Below, piece by piece: positions 28,341 to 39,743 of a stretch of 64,000 nt of DNA. Made by a program: the position numbers and the translations under genes. The notes under the pieces were generated by a model. The model saw nothing but the letters and a program-made list of their open reading frames with translations. It made no database searches and was not told the origin of the DNA. This stretch comes from Candidatus Magasanikbacteria bacterium GW2011_GWA2_56_11 (GTDB taxonomy: Bacteria; Patescibacteriota; Patescibacteriia; Magasanikbacterales; UBA922), in contig LCRX01000002.1 in the NCBI GenBank assembly GCA_001004885.1, positions 14,043-78,042 on the forward strand, written 5' to 3'. Numbering within the stretch: position 1 is the stretch's first letter; every line of letters starts with the position of its first letter.

Positions 28341-28886
28341 TTAGATTTTTTTTACTTGCAGGGCATCGAGCTCCACCGGCGTTTCGCGTCCGAACATGCT
28401 CACCAGCACCTTGATTTTGCCGCGGCTTTCGTCCACCGCGCTCACCTTGCCTTCGAAGTTTTTGAACGGTCCGTCCACGATCTTCACCGGATCGTTCATG
28501 CCGACGTCTATCCGGTGGCTCGGCTCTTCGACTGCCATGCGCTTCATGAGCGACTGCATTTCTTTTTCGTCTATGGGGGTGGGAACCGTGCCAGAGCCGA
28601 CGAACCCGGTAACATTGGGAGTGTTTCGCACCACATACCAGGAGTCGTCGGTAACCACCATCTGCACCAGCACATAGCCGGGAAAGATTTTTTCCTCCGC
28701 CACCGTGCGCTTGCCATTTTTAATTTTGATTTTTTTCTCTTTGGGCACCATTATTTGCGCGATTTTGTCCTGCATGTCGAAAGAATCAACTCTCTGTTCC
28801 AGGTTGCGCTTGACGTTTTCCTCGTAGCCGCTGTAAGTATGGATGACATACCAGCGCAGACCGAGATTGGGATTTTGTTTGGACAT
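28341..28886 (-). CDS. nusG: Transcription termination/antitermination factor NusG
   Basis: WYVIHTYSGYE NGN domain and C-terminal KOW (VKIVDGPFKNFEGKV). Confidence 0.92.
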   Translation of the reverse strand: MSKQNPNLGLRWYVIHTYSGYEENVKRNLEQRVDSFDMQDKIAQIMVPKEKKIKIKNGKRTVAEEKIFPGYVLVQMVVTDDSWYVVRNTPNVTGFVGSGTVPTPIDEKEMQSLMKRMAVEEPSHRIDVGMNDPVKIVDGPFKNFEGKVSAVDESRGKIKVLVSMFGRETPVELDALQVKKI

Positions 28887-28954
28887 AGGTTTGGTCGGTG
28901 GCGGAATCCGGAGACGAGACGGTACGGCTTTGGTCCCGGGGATTCCGGTCGAAT

Positions 28955-29143
28955 TTAGATAATGAGTTCGAGTACCTGGTTGAGCAGATTGTCGACCACC
29001 GCAAAGAAAACGGCGATGCCGACGCTCAGAGCGATGACGATAACGGTGTAGTTTATCGTCTGCTTTTTGCTCGGCCAGATGACTTTTTTCATTTCAATTA
29101 CGGCCTCTTTGAAATAGGTGGTGAGTTTGAGAGCTAGAGACAT
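28955..29143 (-). CDS. secE: Preprotein translocase subunit SecE
   Basis: 62 aa, single TM; E(V/M)KKVxWPS motif; immediately upstream of nusG. Confidence 0.8.
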   Translation of the reverse strand: MSLALKLTTYFKEAVIEMKKVIWPSKKQTINYTVIVIALSVGIAVFFAVVDNLLNQVLELII

Positions 29144-29261
29144 ATTGGGGAAAATGGGACCGCTTCGCCAAGCCGTACCGGCGGCGAAAGCCAGGCCCTT
29201 GCCAGGGCTATGGCGGGGCTGCGGATATTTAAAAACGGCCTGCGGCCGAATTGCTGGAACT

Positions 29262-29291
29262 ACTATATACTAAACCGGGCAGGCTGTCAAG
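29262..29291 (-). promoter_or_regulatory. secE-nusG-rplK promoter TTGACA-17-TATAGT (minus strand)
   Basis: Minus-strand read: ttgacagcctgcccggtttagtatatagt; the -35 block cttgacagcctgcc is shared with the rpmE promoter. Confidence 0.55.
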
Positions 29292-29293
29292 TA

Positions 29294-29322
29294 TTGACGG
29301 CAGTGGATAACTGTGCTATGAT
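29294..29322 (+). promoter_or_regulatory. Plus-strand promoter TTGACG-17-TATGAT (TGn extended -10) firing into repeat copy A3 and the LysM gene
   Basis: ttgacg gcagtggataactgtgc tatgat. Confidence 0.6.
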
Positions 29323-29335
29323 GCTGTGTTTTATC

Positions 29336-29490
29336 GGACTCACAGCGAGTTCCCCCCTTTCGCCTCAAACATAGACTGATTTTCACGGCACCAAAACTCG
29401 CTCTTACAGGCTCAGACATTGGTGCGGCTAAAATCAGTCTATGTTTCGGCTCAACTTAGGATAGAATTGCTAACAAGTCACCATCAGTTC
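29336..29490 (+). repeat. Family-A structured repeat, copy 3
   Basis: ggactcacagcgagtt…aaacatagactgattttcacggc…ggctaaaatcagtctatgttt…caccatcagttc. Confidence 0.85.
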
Positions 29491-29592
29491 ATTGTATTTG
29501 TGAGATAATCAGAGGGCTGGTTGTGGTCTGGAGATAAGCGTCTTTAGACCATAGCCTGCCACGAGGGGTGGCGGTGCTGAGAGGAGGGCGAG

Positions 29593-30075
29593 ATGCGAGC
29601 GACTTCTGTTTTGGGCCTGTGCTTTGTCCTTGCCGCTGCTCTGTGCTGCGACCAGGTCGAGATTTTCACCGTGGGGCCGGCCCCGGTCCAGAGCCCGACG
29701 CCGCGGTACGACCCGGCCTCGCCTCCGGCGACCAAGCCGGACCCGGCCCCGGTGCCGACGCTGCCGGCACCCTGGCCGGACTATGGGCGCAGGACGTACA
29801 TGTTCGCCCACATCCATGTGGTGTCCTCCGGGGACACCATCTGGAATCTGGCCGAGGCGTACGGAGTGCCCTACGAGCTCATCGAGCGGTTCAATAGCGA
29901 GCTGCTTCAGGAGTACTGGCACGCCAACTGCCCGGGCCGCCGGCGGCCGCCCAAGCCGGCGGGTTATTGCTCCATCCCGGAGTCCACTATCCAGATCGGG
30001 ATGACTATCCTCATTCCGGAGCCGGCGCTCTACATCGTGCCGGCCGCCCTGGACGGTCCGGACATCCGGATGTAG
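29593..30075 (+). CDS. Secreted LysM-domain protein
   Basis: N-terminal signal peptide; Pro-rich linker; LysM core HVVSSGDTIWNLAEAYGV…IQIGMTILIP. Confidence 0.7.
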   Translation: MRATSVLGLCFVLAAALCCDQVEIFTVGPAPVQSPTPRYDPASPPATKPDPAPVPTLPAPWPDYGRRTYMFAHIHVVSSGDTIWNLAEAYGVPYELIERFNSELLQEYWHANCPGRRRPPKPAGYCSIPESTIQIGMTILIPEPALYIVPAALDGPDIRM

Positions 30076-30153
30076 AGCCCCACCGTATCTGGGATCCATA
30101 GCACTGGATCCCCTCAAGCCGGTATACTTTAGCGAGAGTCTAGCGGCTTGAGG

Positions 30154-30207
30154 ACTCAACTAATTAAAACGCCCCGGGTTCGGCCGGGGCGTTTTAATTA
30201 GTTGAGG
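30154..30207. terminator. Long (23-bp stem) bidirectional hairpin terminator between the LysM gene and gyrB
   Basis: actcaactaattaaaacgccccgg gttcgg ccggggcgttttaattagttgag. Confidence 0.7.
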
Positions 30208-30208
30208 T

Positions 30209-32368
<2,160 letters not shown>

Positions 32369-32483
32369 CTACGTTAAGCCGGACAATAGACAGTCTTCAA
32401 TCAGAAAATTACTGCCTTAGTTTAGCATATCCGACTGTTTCGGGCAAGGTCGGATTGCTATTTTCCGAGTCGGATAACCGGAC

Positions 32484-32517
32484 AAAAAATCCCCGAGCTT
32501 GGCTCGGGGATTTTTTG
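32484..32517. terminator. Bidirectional hairpin terminator
   Basis: aaaaaatccccgagcttggctcggggattttttg. Confidence 0.7.
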
Positions 32518-32615
32518 AAGTCAGTGGACGGAATTAAGCTTCTGTTCACTGGATTGGACGGCGCGCAGGTGAGAGGGCGCGCCGGCGGGAAGGAACGAGG
32601 AAGGATCAGGCCTGG

Positions 32616-33767
32616 CTAGGGCGTGGCGCTCGGCTGGGCGTCGGCCGGCTTCTCGGGCGTGACCGCGTCGGGGTTAGCCGGCGTCTCGGGGGCCTGCTTG
32701 GACTTCGGGTCCTCGCAGCCGAGAGCGGCGATCTGGTCAGGGGAGTAGCCCGTGGTGTCCGGGCTGAGCGGGTCATTGCCGTCGTCGAGGTAGCCCTGGA
32801 TGGCATTGCACAGCCTCTGGCCGTACTTCGTCTTCTTGTCCTCGGGCGCCGCCTTCCACTCCTGGTACTGCTCCTGCCACGCCTGTCGCGTGGCCTTGAA
32901 CAGCTTGGCCGCGAGCTCTTCCGGTCTGCCCTGATCGAGGACCTCGACTCGCCGGTCGCTCAGGTAGCGGATCGCCTCCCGGACCACCCAGTCGCGTCCC
33001 TGGCAGGTGGACCCGGGGAGGCAGAGGAACTCGCTCCCCAGATCACCCTTGTACAGGGCCAGCTCGACGAGGGCCGTGGCCAGGGCGTCCTTCAGGTCGT
33101 CCCACTGGGACGCCACGGTGTTGACAGTGTACTTGTGGTGGGTAGTTGGGAAGGCCTCCGCGCGGTCCCCGCTGTCCTCCAGAAACCGGTCGAACACCTC
33201 GCCGCAGCTGTCCCTCGACTCGAGGTACTGCATGGTCCGGGCCTCCAGCCCATCGAGCCCGAGGAGACGGCTGTACTCCTTCGCCGTCCCGGTCAGGGTG
33301 GAACCCTTCATGCAGTCCGTGAGCGTGAGGTCGTCAGCGTTCGGGGTCGGCTTCTTGTCGGCCTTCCGATCCCGCTCGATGCCGTCCCGCGCTCCCGCGG
33401 TGTACTGCCGAAGCTGGTCGGCGGCCTTCGCGCTATCGAGGCCGGCGGGATCCTCTAGGCAGAGCTTGTAGCTCTGGTTGACCTCCGGCAGGTTGACGGG
33501 CAGGCAGTCGCCGGTCTTGGTCGCCAGCCGAGCGAGGATCGACTCGACCAGCTTGTCGAGGTTGGTCTTGGCCCCGGAGGGGCTCCGCATCTCTACGCGA
33601 CGCCTCAACTCCAGGGTGATGTTCACCCCTCCGGTGAGCTCCGTGGGCAGCTCTGCGGTGGAGACCACCATGTGCGTGTCCTCCTGCTGGGGCCGTTGGG
33701 TTTTTTGCTCCTTGGGGCACCCCCCGAGGAGACCGGCGATGACCGCGAGGATCAAGGTCTTGTGCAT
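32616..33767 (-). CDS. Hypothetical lipoprotein
   Basis: Signal peptide with lipobox LLGGC; Cys-rich; very high GC3. Confidence 0.6.
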   Translation of the reverse strand: MHKTLILAVIAGLLGGCPKEQKTQRPQQEDTHMVVSTAELPTELTGGVNITLELRRRVEMRSPSGAKTNLDKLVESILARLATKTGDCLPVNLPEVNQSYKLCLEDPAGLDSAKAADQLRQYTAGARDGIERDRKADKKPTPNADDLTLTDCMKGSTLTGTAKEYSRLLGLDGLEARTMQYLESRDSCGEVFDRFLEDSGDRAEAFPTTHHKYTVNTVASQWDDLKDALATALVELALYKGDLGSEFLCLPGSTCQGRDWVVREAIRYLSDRRVEVLDQGRPEELAAKLFKATRQAWQEQYQEWKAAPEDKKTKYGQRLCNAIQGYLDDGNDPLSPDTTGYSPDQIAALGCEDPKSKQAPETPANPDAVTPEKPADAQPSATP

Positions 33768-33808
33768 GGCTGTTTTCCTTTGACAAAGTTTTCAACCCTC
33801 GATCGGCC

Positions 33809-33883
33809 AGCCAAGCCGATCCAGTTTTTTTAGGGTGTGCCTTTAACGCCGGGTACACCCCACAAAAACTGGATCGGCTGGGT
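33809..33883. repeat. Nested inverted repeat (outer cagcc…ccgatccagttttt / aaaaactggatcggctgg; inner gggtgtgcc / ggtacaccc)
   Basis: Read directly; upstream of the minus-strand lipoprotein gene. Confidence 0.7.
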
Positions 33884-33903
33884 CCTAGTATATGAAAAGG
33901 ACG

Positions 33904-33931
33904 TAATTTACTCGGTAACCCGAGTAAATTA
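33904..33931. promoter_or_regulatory. Perfect 12-bp-arm palindrome (candidate operator for a dimeric regulator)
   Basis: taatttactcgg taac ccgagtaaatta, ~30 bp upstream of the 33961 promoter. Confidence 0.5.
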
Positions 33932-33960
33932 ACTGCCCAGTTAACCATAAAATCTAAATT

Positions 33961-33989
33961 TTGTCAAGATACGCCCGAGCTGGTATACT
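33961..33989 (+). promoter_or_regulatory. Promoter TTGTCA-17-TATACT
   Basis: ttgtca agatacgcccgagctgg tatact; ATG at 34015. Confidence 0.6.
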
Positions 33990-34014
33990 AAGAGTACTTT
34001 TTCGCCTGTCAGGT

Positions 34015-34920
34015 ATGTTCAAACCCCCGAAACCGGAAGATAAATTATCGAAGTACATCGATGCTTCGGGCGATTTTAGCAACCGGGATCTTAAGCTCGG
34101 CGAATGGTACGTCCGCCACAGAATCATGTTGCGCGAGCTCGTCGTCGGGGTGCTCGTCATCTTTTGCGTGGTAGTCGGCGGCTACGGTTTTTACCGCTGG
34201 GCCGAGTACCTGATAGTCGGCTACAGCCGGGACGAGAGACTGCGGGCAGAGCTGACAAAAAATGCCATTCCTTTTGCGCGGCTGCGCGAGCGTCTGGCTC
34301 CGGACACTCTCCAGATCGGGGGCGTGTCCGTATTCCAGAGTGCCTCGGGCAAGTACGATTTTTTTGCCGAAGCGCTTAACCCCAATGCCGATTGGTACGC
34401 TGACGTGGAATACCGGTTCGTTTACCCTGGCGGAGAAACCGAGGCCCGGACAACGCGCCTCTTGCCCGGCAGCCGGCAGCCACTGACCGCGATCGGCATC
34501 GCGGCTCCGAGTTTTCCCTCGGCCCTGCGGCTCGAATTTGTCTCCACTGCCTGGCAGCGGATAGACCGGCACCAGATAGCCGAGCCGGCAGACTACCTGC
34601 GCGACCGGCTTCAGTTTTCGGTCGAGAATTTTTCTTTTCAGAGCGCCGGCGGCCCATCCGAGGCGCCGGCGCATACCATCGCTTTTACGCTTTCCAACCG
34701 TTCCACCTACAGCTACTGGCAGGCGGTTTTTTACGTGCTGTACAAAGATAACGGTTCTCTCGTCGGTTTCAAGCGCCTGGTAGTGGACAATTTTCGGTCG
34801 CAAGAGAGCCGTCCGATAGAGATAAAATCTTTGGCCGACGGACTCAACGTTACCGACATCGACGTTCTTCCGGCCATTGATGTCTTTGCCCAGGGGGTGT
34901 ATATTCCGCTCGGACGATGA
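34015..34920 (+). CDS. Hypothetical single-pass membrane protein
   Basis: One TM helix (LVVGVLVIFCVVVGGYGFY), then a ~240-aa extracytoplasmic domain. Confidence 0.55.
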   Translation: MFKPPKPEDKLSKYIDASGDFSNRDLKLGEWYVRHRIMLRELVVGVLVIFCVVVGGYGFYRWAEYLIVGYSRDERLRAELTKNAIPFARLRERLAPDTLQIGGVSVFQSASGKYDFFAEALNPNADWYADVEYRFVYPGGETEARTTRLLPGSRQPLTAIGIAAPSFPSALRLEFVSTAWQRIDRHQIAEPADYLRDRLQFSVENFSFQSAGGPSEAPAHTIAFTLSNRSTYSYWQAVFYVLYKDNGSLVGFKRLVVDNFRSQESRPIEIKSLADGLNVTDIDVLPAIDVFAQGVYIPLGR

Positions 34921-34937
34921 GGCTGCCCTAGTCCGAA

Positions 34938-35941
34938 TTGATACCTATGAGCCGCTTTTCCTTTGCCGCTCCCTGGACCCGTCATTTTGACTGGCTGCTC
35001 CTGGCAGCCGTACTGACACTGTCTTTGGTCGGTTTGACTTCTATTTACAGCGTTGATCTGTCCCGAGGCGAAGGCCTTAATTTTTTTTCGACGCAGACGC
35101 TCGCGCTTGTAATTGCCCTGGCTGGCTTGCTCGTCGCCGGCGCCCTGCATATTACCTGGTATGAGTCCGGGGCGCGTTTCTTGTATCTGGGCGCCATAAT
35201 CCTTTTGGCGGGTGTTCTGATATTCGGAGAGACGATACGCGGTACGACCGGCTGGTTTCGTTTGGGGACATTTTCGTTTCAGCCGGCCGAATTGTCCAAA
35301 GCGGCCGTGGTTATTTTTCTCGCCTGGCGGATAGAGCGCCAGGGGCGCCAATTCGGCCGGCTGCAGTTTGTGGCGGGCGCTACATACTAGGCCTGGCCGC
35401 GGCCATACTTTTCGCCCTGGCCGCCGGCTGGTTATTTTTATTTCAGGATTACCAAAAAGAACGGCTTTTGACTTTTATTGATCCTGGTCGCGATCCGCTG
35501 GGGGCCGGCTACAATGTGCAGCAGTCGCTGATCGCGGTCGGCGCCGGTCAGTTTTTCGGCCGCGGCCTGGGTTTTGGGTCGCAGAGCCAGCTCCACTTTT
35601 TGCCCGAAGCGCAGACAGACTTTATTATTTCTGTTATCGGCGAGGAGCTTGGTTTCGTCGGTCTATTGATTATTTTGGGCTTGTACGTGGTAATCATTTA
35701 CCGGCTCATCCGCATCGCTGCCGGGTGCCGGACAGATTTTGCCGCCTACACCGTTTTGGGCACGGCTCTGCTATTTTTTATCCAGCTTACCGTGAACGCC
35801 GGGGCCGCGCTTGGCCTTTTGCCGGTTACCGGGGTAACGCTGCCGTTTGTGAGTTACGGCGGCTCGTCGCTTATCATAAATTTTGGGCTGGTGGGCATAG
35901 CCGAGAGCGCCGCCCGTTCGTCGCCCGCTCTGGCGGAGTAG
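34938..35941 (+). pseudogene. rodA: SEDS-family peptidoglycan glycosyltransferase RodA/FtsW, split by a frameshift near 35340-35400
   Basis: ORF1 carries FQPAELSKAAVVIFLAW; ORF2 carries DPLGAGYNVQQS, PEAQTDFIIS, LPVTGVTLPFVSYGGSS; the frame-2 reading continues upstream of 35468 as …YILGLAAAILFALAAGWLF…. Confidence 0.6.
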
Positions 35942-36009
35942 CGGCGCGTCCGGCCTGCTAAATTAGGCTTGACTTCACTCCTTTGGTCTGCTATAGTCAT
36001 GGACGCTCT

Positions 36010-36384
36010 ATGAACATTCACCAGCCGCCGGACCGCGCTTCCCAAACTGCCGAACCGGTCAAGTTAGTGAAACGCTGCCCGGTGTGCGCCAGGGAACACA
36101 GCCTGGAGCGGGTAAAAATCATCTACAGCGAACCCCAGGCCAGCGTTTTGCATATCACCTGTCCGCACTGCGCCCATGCCATGGTCGCCGTGGTCGGCGC
36201 GACCCGCCATGGGGTGGGGCTGTTCGGCGCCGTTACCGATCTGACCGGCGACGATGTGGAGCGTCTGCAAACCAGACTGCCAATGAGCGGCGACGAGCTC
36301 ATTGACGCGGCGGCAGTAATCCGCCGCGGGTCATCCGCCGTTGTTTCGGCCCTTATGCGTAGCGGTCGCGCGGGTGCGGCCTAA
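36010..36384 (+). CDS. Hypothetical zinc-ribbon protein
   Basis: CPVC…CPHC; start at MNIHQ. Confidence 0.45.
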   Translation: MNIHQPPDRASQTAEPVKLVKRCPVCAREHSLERVKIIYSEPQASVLHITCPHCAHAMVAVVGATRHGVGLFGAVTDLTGDDVERLQTRLPMSGDELIDAAAVIRRGSSAVVSALMRSGRAGAA

Positions 36385-36426
36385 ATTTTTCGGAAAATAT
36401 TTATTTGTCTCTAACTTATTTTTACT

Positions 36427-37101
36427 ATGGCGTTTTCGATCGAGGCCAACAAACGTACACCCGGGGGAGCGGCGCAGGTACGAGCGGCTGACAGCGTCCC
36501 TGGCGTAGTATATGGCGGCGGCCGGAGCGAGAGCCTGTCCTTGTCCGTCGGCTATAACGTGCTCGACAAGCTTTACAATGAAGCCGGCGAGTCGAGCTTG
36601 ATTGATCTGTCGCTTCCCGGCGAAGCGCCGGTGAAGGTGCTGATCCAGGACCTGCAATTTGATCCGGTCAGCGGACGGATTACGCACGTGGATTTCCGCC
36701 AAATTAATATGACAGAGGAGATGACGGCGGCTATTGAGCTGACTTTCATCGGCGAAGCGCCGGCGGTCAAAGGGCTGGGCGGCACGCTTATGAAAACCAT
36801 CAATTACGTCAATGTCCGCTGTCTGCCCAAGGATTTGGTGGGCGAAATCGCGGTTGATCTCGGCCGTTTGGCCACTTTCGACGACGTTATCCACGTGAGC
36901 GATCTGAATGTTCCCACCGGGATCACTGTTACCGACAGCTTGGATTTGGTGTTGGCCAAAGTTTCTCCGCCGCTCTCAGAAGATGAAATCAAGGCGATGG
37001 ATGAAGCCGGATCGGTAGATATTTCGACGATTGAAGTGGAGAAGAAAGGTAAGAAGGAAGAAGCCGGCGAGGCGGCAGAAGCGGGCGAAGCGCAAAAATA
37101 G
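36427..37101 (+). CDS. rplY: 50S ribosomal protein L25 / general stress protein Ctc
   Basis: RTPGGAAQVRAADSVPGVVYGGG…; beta-barrel Ctc domain plus acidic tail. Confidence 0.88.
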   Translation: MAFSIEANKRTPGGAAQVRAADSVPGVVYGGGRSESLSLSVGYNVLDKLYNEAGESSLIDLSLPGEAPVKVLIQDLQFDPVSGRITHVDFRQINMTEEMTAAIELTFIGEAPAVKGLGGTLMKTINYVNVRCLPKDLVGEIAVDLGRLATFDDVIHVSDLNVPTGITVTDSLDLVLAKVSPPLSEDEIKAMDEAGSVDISTIEVEKKGKKEEAGEAAEAGEAQK

Positions 37102-37121
37102 ATTGGTCTAGCAGAAATTTA

Positions 37122-37152
37122 AAACCGGCCTGGCTAAACAGGGCCGGTTTTA
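37122..37152 (+). terminator. Rho-independent terminator after rplY
   Basis: aaaccggcctggctaaacagggccggtttt. Confidence 0.65.
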
Positions 37153-37280
37153 AATTTGGCGTTGGCGCCGGGCGGGGAGTCTTTGCGGCTCGGTTTCTTT
37201 GTGGTATGCTAGGATTCATCTCAAAAAAGTCCCGGACCACTTTGAGGAGGATATTTTGATCTAAAATTGTATATTTTTAG

Positions 37281-38369
37281 ATGAGCCCTAAGCGAACTGC
37301 GGCCAAATTATTTCGTTTGTTCCCCAAGCTAAAACAACCGTTAGCGCTGGCTATCTTGGTGCTTTGCTTCGGAGCGGCAATTTTTTGGTTTAGCGCCGTA
37401 CGGTCCTGGCGCCCGGTCCACGAAATCGAGCCGCCCAGCATCGCCGATGACACGGCGCGGGCGGAGGCCTGCCGTTACCGCCGCGCTCTCGACGGCCGCT
37501 GCGTGGCCGCTTTGGCCGAGACGGCCGAACCGGTTGTGGCGGTAATGATAGAGAATCACCCGGAGGCCCGGCCGTTGTCCGGTCTGGCCCAGGCGGCAGT
37601 GGTCTATGAGGCTCCGGTCGAAGCGAATATCACCCGTTTTTTGGCTATCTACCCCTTGAACCAGCCGGTGTCCAAAGCCGGTCCGGTGCGTAGTGCCCGG
37701 CCGTATTATCTCGACTGGGTGGAGGAGTACGGCCAACCGCTTTATATGCATGTCGGGGGATCGCCGGCAGCCTTGGACGGGGTGAGAGAGCGTGGTATCC
37801 TCTCCATAAATGAGTTTTACCGGGACTGGTACTTTTGGCGCGGTCGCGAGCGCCGCGCCCCGCACAATAACTACACTTCGCGCGATTTGTGGGAGCGGGC
37901 ATACAATGATTACGGCCAGGGCGCCGCGGTACTCTCCAGCTCAACCTGGCAATTTACAGACGAGCCGGCCTGTGAGGCGGACTGCGTCCGGACAGTTACC
38001 GCTTCATTTTTGCCGCCGGTTTACGAGGCTATTTGGGAGTATTCCACTACTACCGGGCGCTACGCGCGGTACCAGGCGGGCGAACCGCACCGGGATGAAG
38101 ACGGCACGGCCATTATGGCCGATACGGTTATCGTGGAGAGGGTAACCAAACGCGTGCTCGACAGTACCGGCCGGCTGGAGCTCGGAACTATGGGCGGCGG
38201 CGAAGCTTTGATTTTCCGTGACGGTCGTTTGCGCGCCGGGCGCTGGAGCAAAACCGAGCCGGGTAAGCGCACTGAGTGGCTCGACGAGAGCGGGCAGCCG
38301 ATTCCTCTTAGGGCCGGGGTTATCTGGGTGGAAGTGGTCCCGTCGGACGGCCGGGTGAATTATGAATAG
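37281..38369 (+). CDS. DUF3048-domain protein (YerB-like) with N-terminal membrane anchor
   Basis: VMIENHPEARPLSGLAQAAVVYEAPVEANITRFLAIY matches the DUF3048 core. Confidence 0.65.
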   Translation: MSPKRTAAKLFRLFPKLKQPLALAILVLCFGAAIFWFSAVRSWRPVHEIEPPSIADDTARAEACRYRRALDGRCVAALAETAEPVVAVMIENHPEARPLSGLAQAAVVYEAPVEANITRFLAIYPLNQPVSKAGPVRSARPYYLDWVEEYGQPLYMHVGGSPAALDGVRERGILSINEFYRDWYFWRGRERRAPHNNYTSRDLWERAYNDYGQGAAVLSSSTWQFTDEPACEADCVRTVTASFLPPVYEAIWEYSTTTGRYARYQAGEPHRDEDGTAIMADTVIVERVTKRVLDSTGRLELGTMGGGEALIFRDGRLRAGRWSKTEPGKRTEWLDESGQPIPLRAGVIWVEVVPSDGRVNYE

Positions 38370-38420
38370 CAGCCGCGAGTAAAAAAATTATCTTGGCGGC
38401 GCCAGCTTAACCGAGGCGGT

Positions 38421-38843
38421 ATGGGGCGTAGAATAGTTGTTTCCGGACTGCCGATGCTGGCAGTTTTTATTCTCAATGTCATACTCGATACGCAGTGGCG
38501 CGCGTATGATGTCTGGCCCGGCTTAAGCTGGGTCATGCACGGCATCGGCGGCTTTGTCGTTGCCTGGAGCACTGTCCGCTGGTATGACCGTTTGCCCACA
38601 AGCGCGCGGCCTCGCGTCGGCCCGCCGGCCGCGGCCGCTTTTTGTCTGGTCGGCGCCGCTGCCATGGTAGGCATACTCTGGGAAGTCTACGAGTACTTCC
38701 TTGACCGGGTGGCTGCGGCCGCGGTTCAGCCGAGCGTAGGCGATACAGTGGCCGATTTGGTCATGGACATGGCCGGCGCGGCCGTATATTGCCTGGCCGC
38801 CTGGCAGTCAATAAAGCGCCGTTCGTATTTAGGCCCGCGGTAA
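38421..38843 (+). CDS. Hypothetical membrane protein (4 TM)
   Basis: Hydrophobic helices; no homology recognised. Confidence 0.45.
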   Translation: MGRRIVVSGLPMLAVFILNVILDTQWRAYDVWPGLSWVMHGIGGFVVAWSTVRWYDRLPTSARPRVGPPAAAAFCLVGAAAMVGILWEVYEYFLDRVAAAAVQPSVGDTVADLVMDMAGAAVYCLAAWQSIKRRSYLGPR

Positions 38844-39731
38844 ACGGATAATGATAACCCGGTCTCGCCGGCCAAGATCTTTTTTTATCTCCAGACTGGC
38901 GCCGGGCAGATGGCGGCTGGCGAGTTCTCGCGCCCAGGCTGTCTGGCCGGGATCAATTTCCAAAAAAACAGTAACCGGACAGCCGTTGTTTTTTGTTTGC
39001 CGGTACCACAGACCGAGGCCGGAAAGGAATTCATTATACAGTGAGAGTCCTCTCTCTCCTCCGACGAGCGCCCGCCGCGGTTCATAGGCGAGTGTCGGCT
39101 CGCTTGCGTGTTGCGCGGCCGTGAGGTAGGGAAGATTGGCGGTAATGATAAGCGCGGCTTTCGGCGCGCTATCAAGACGGCCCGGGAGCGGTTTCCACAA
39201 ATGACCGCGGACAAAACGTATGGCTACCAGATGCCGCCGGGCATTGCGGCGGGCGACGCGCAGCGCCGGACGGGATACGTCTGTGGCCCAGGCGTCGAGG
39301 CGCTCGCGGTCCGGCAGGGAGGCCGTGAAGAGCAGGGAAATCGGGATACAGCCAGAGCCAGTGCCCACATCCACGAGACGTATGAGTCCTGAGGGGCCGC
39401 TATCCGCCAGGCGCTGTCGCAGTTCGGCGGCCGCGGCTTCGACCAGGATCTCTGTGTCCGGCCGCGGTATCAGCACCTGCCGGTTGACATAAAAAACCCG
39501 GCCGAAAAATTCTTGGCGGCCGGTGAGATAGGCGACAGGCACTCCTGCCCGGCGAAGCCGGACCAGGCGGCCGAAACGCCAATTTTTAAAATAACCGATT
39601 TGGGCCTCCGGGTGGCTAAGCACGTATTCGCGCGTCCGGTTTTGGACACAGGCCAAAAGGACCTCGGCATCAAGCGGGGCTATAAGGCGGACGGCAGCTT
39701 TCAAGACGGCGGCAAAAGTACGGGCAGCCAT
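38829..39731 (-). CDS. prmC: Release-factor glutamine N5-methyltransferase PrmC/HemK
   Basis: VDVGTGSGCI SAM motif, NLPY (NPPY-type) motif; adjacent to prfA. Confidence 0.85.
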   Translation of the reverse strand: MAARTFAAVLKAAVRLIAPLDAEVLLACVQNRTREYVLSHPEAQIGYFKNWRFGRLVRLRRAGVPVAYLTGRQEFFGRVFYVNRQVLIPRPDTEILVEAAAAELRQRLADSGPSGLIRLVDVGTGSGCIPISLLFTASLPDRERLDAWATDVSRPALRVARRNARRHLVAIRFVRGHLWKPLPGRLDSAPKAALIITANLPYLTAAQHASEPTLAYEPRRALVGGERGLSLYNEFLSGLGLWYRQTKNNGCPVTVFLEIDPGQTAWARELASRHLPGASLEIKKDLGRRDRVIIIRLPRA

Positions 39732-39743
39732 AGCTCTATCCGT

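Noticed and set aside
29150-29335. tRNA gene upstream of secE (tRNA-Trp is common there)
   Set aside because: No cloverleaf or T-loop (GGTTCGAATCC-like) sequence found; the region is occupied by divergent promoters and repeat copy A3. No tRNA was found anywhere in the window by eye.
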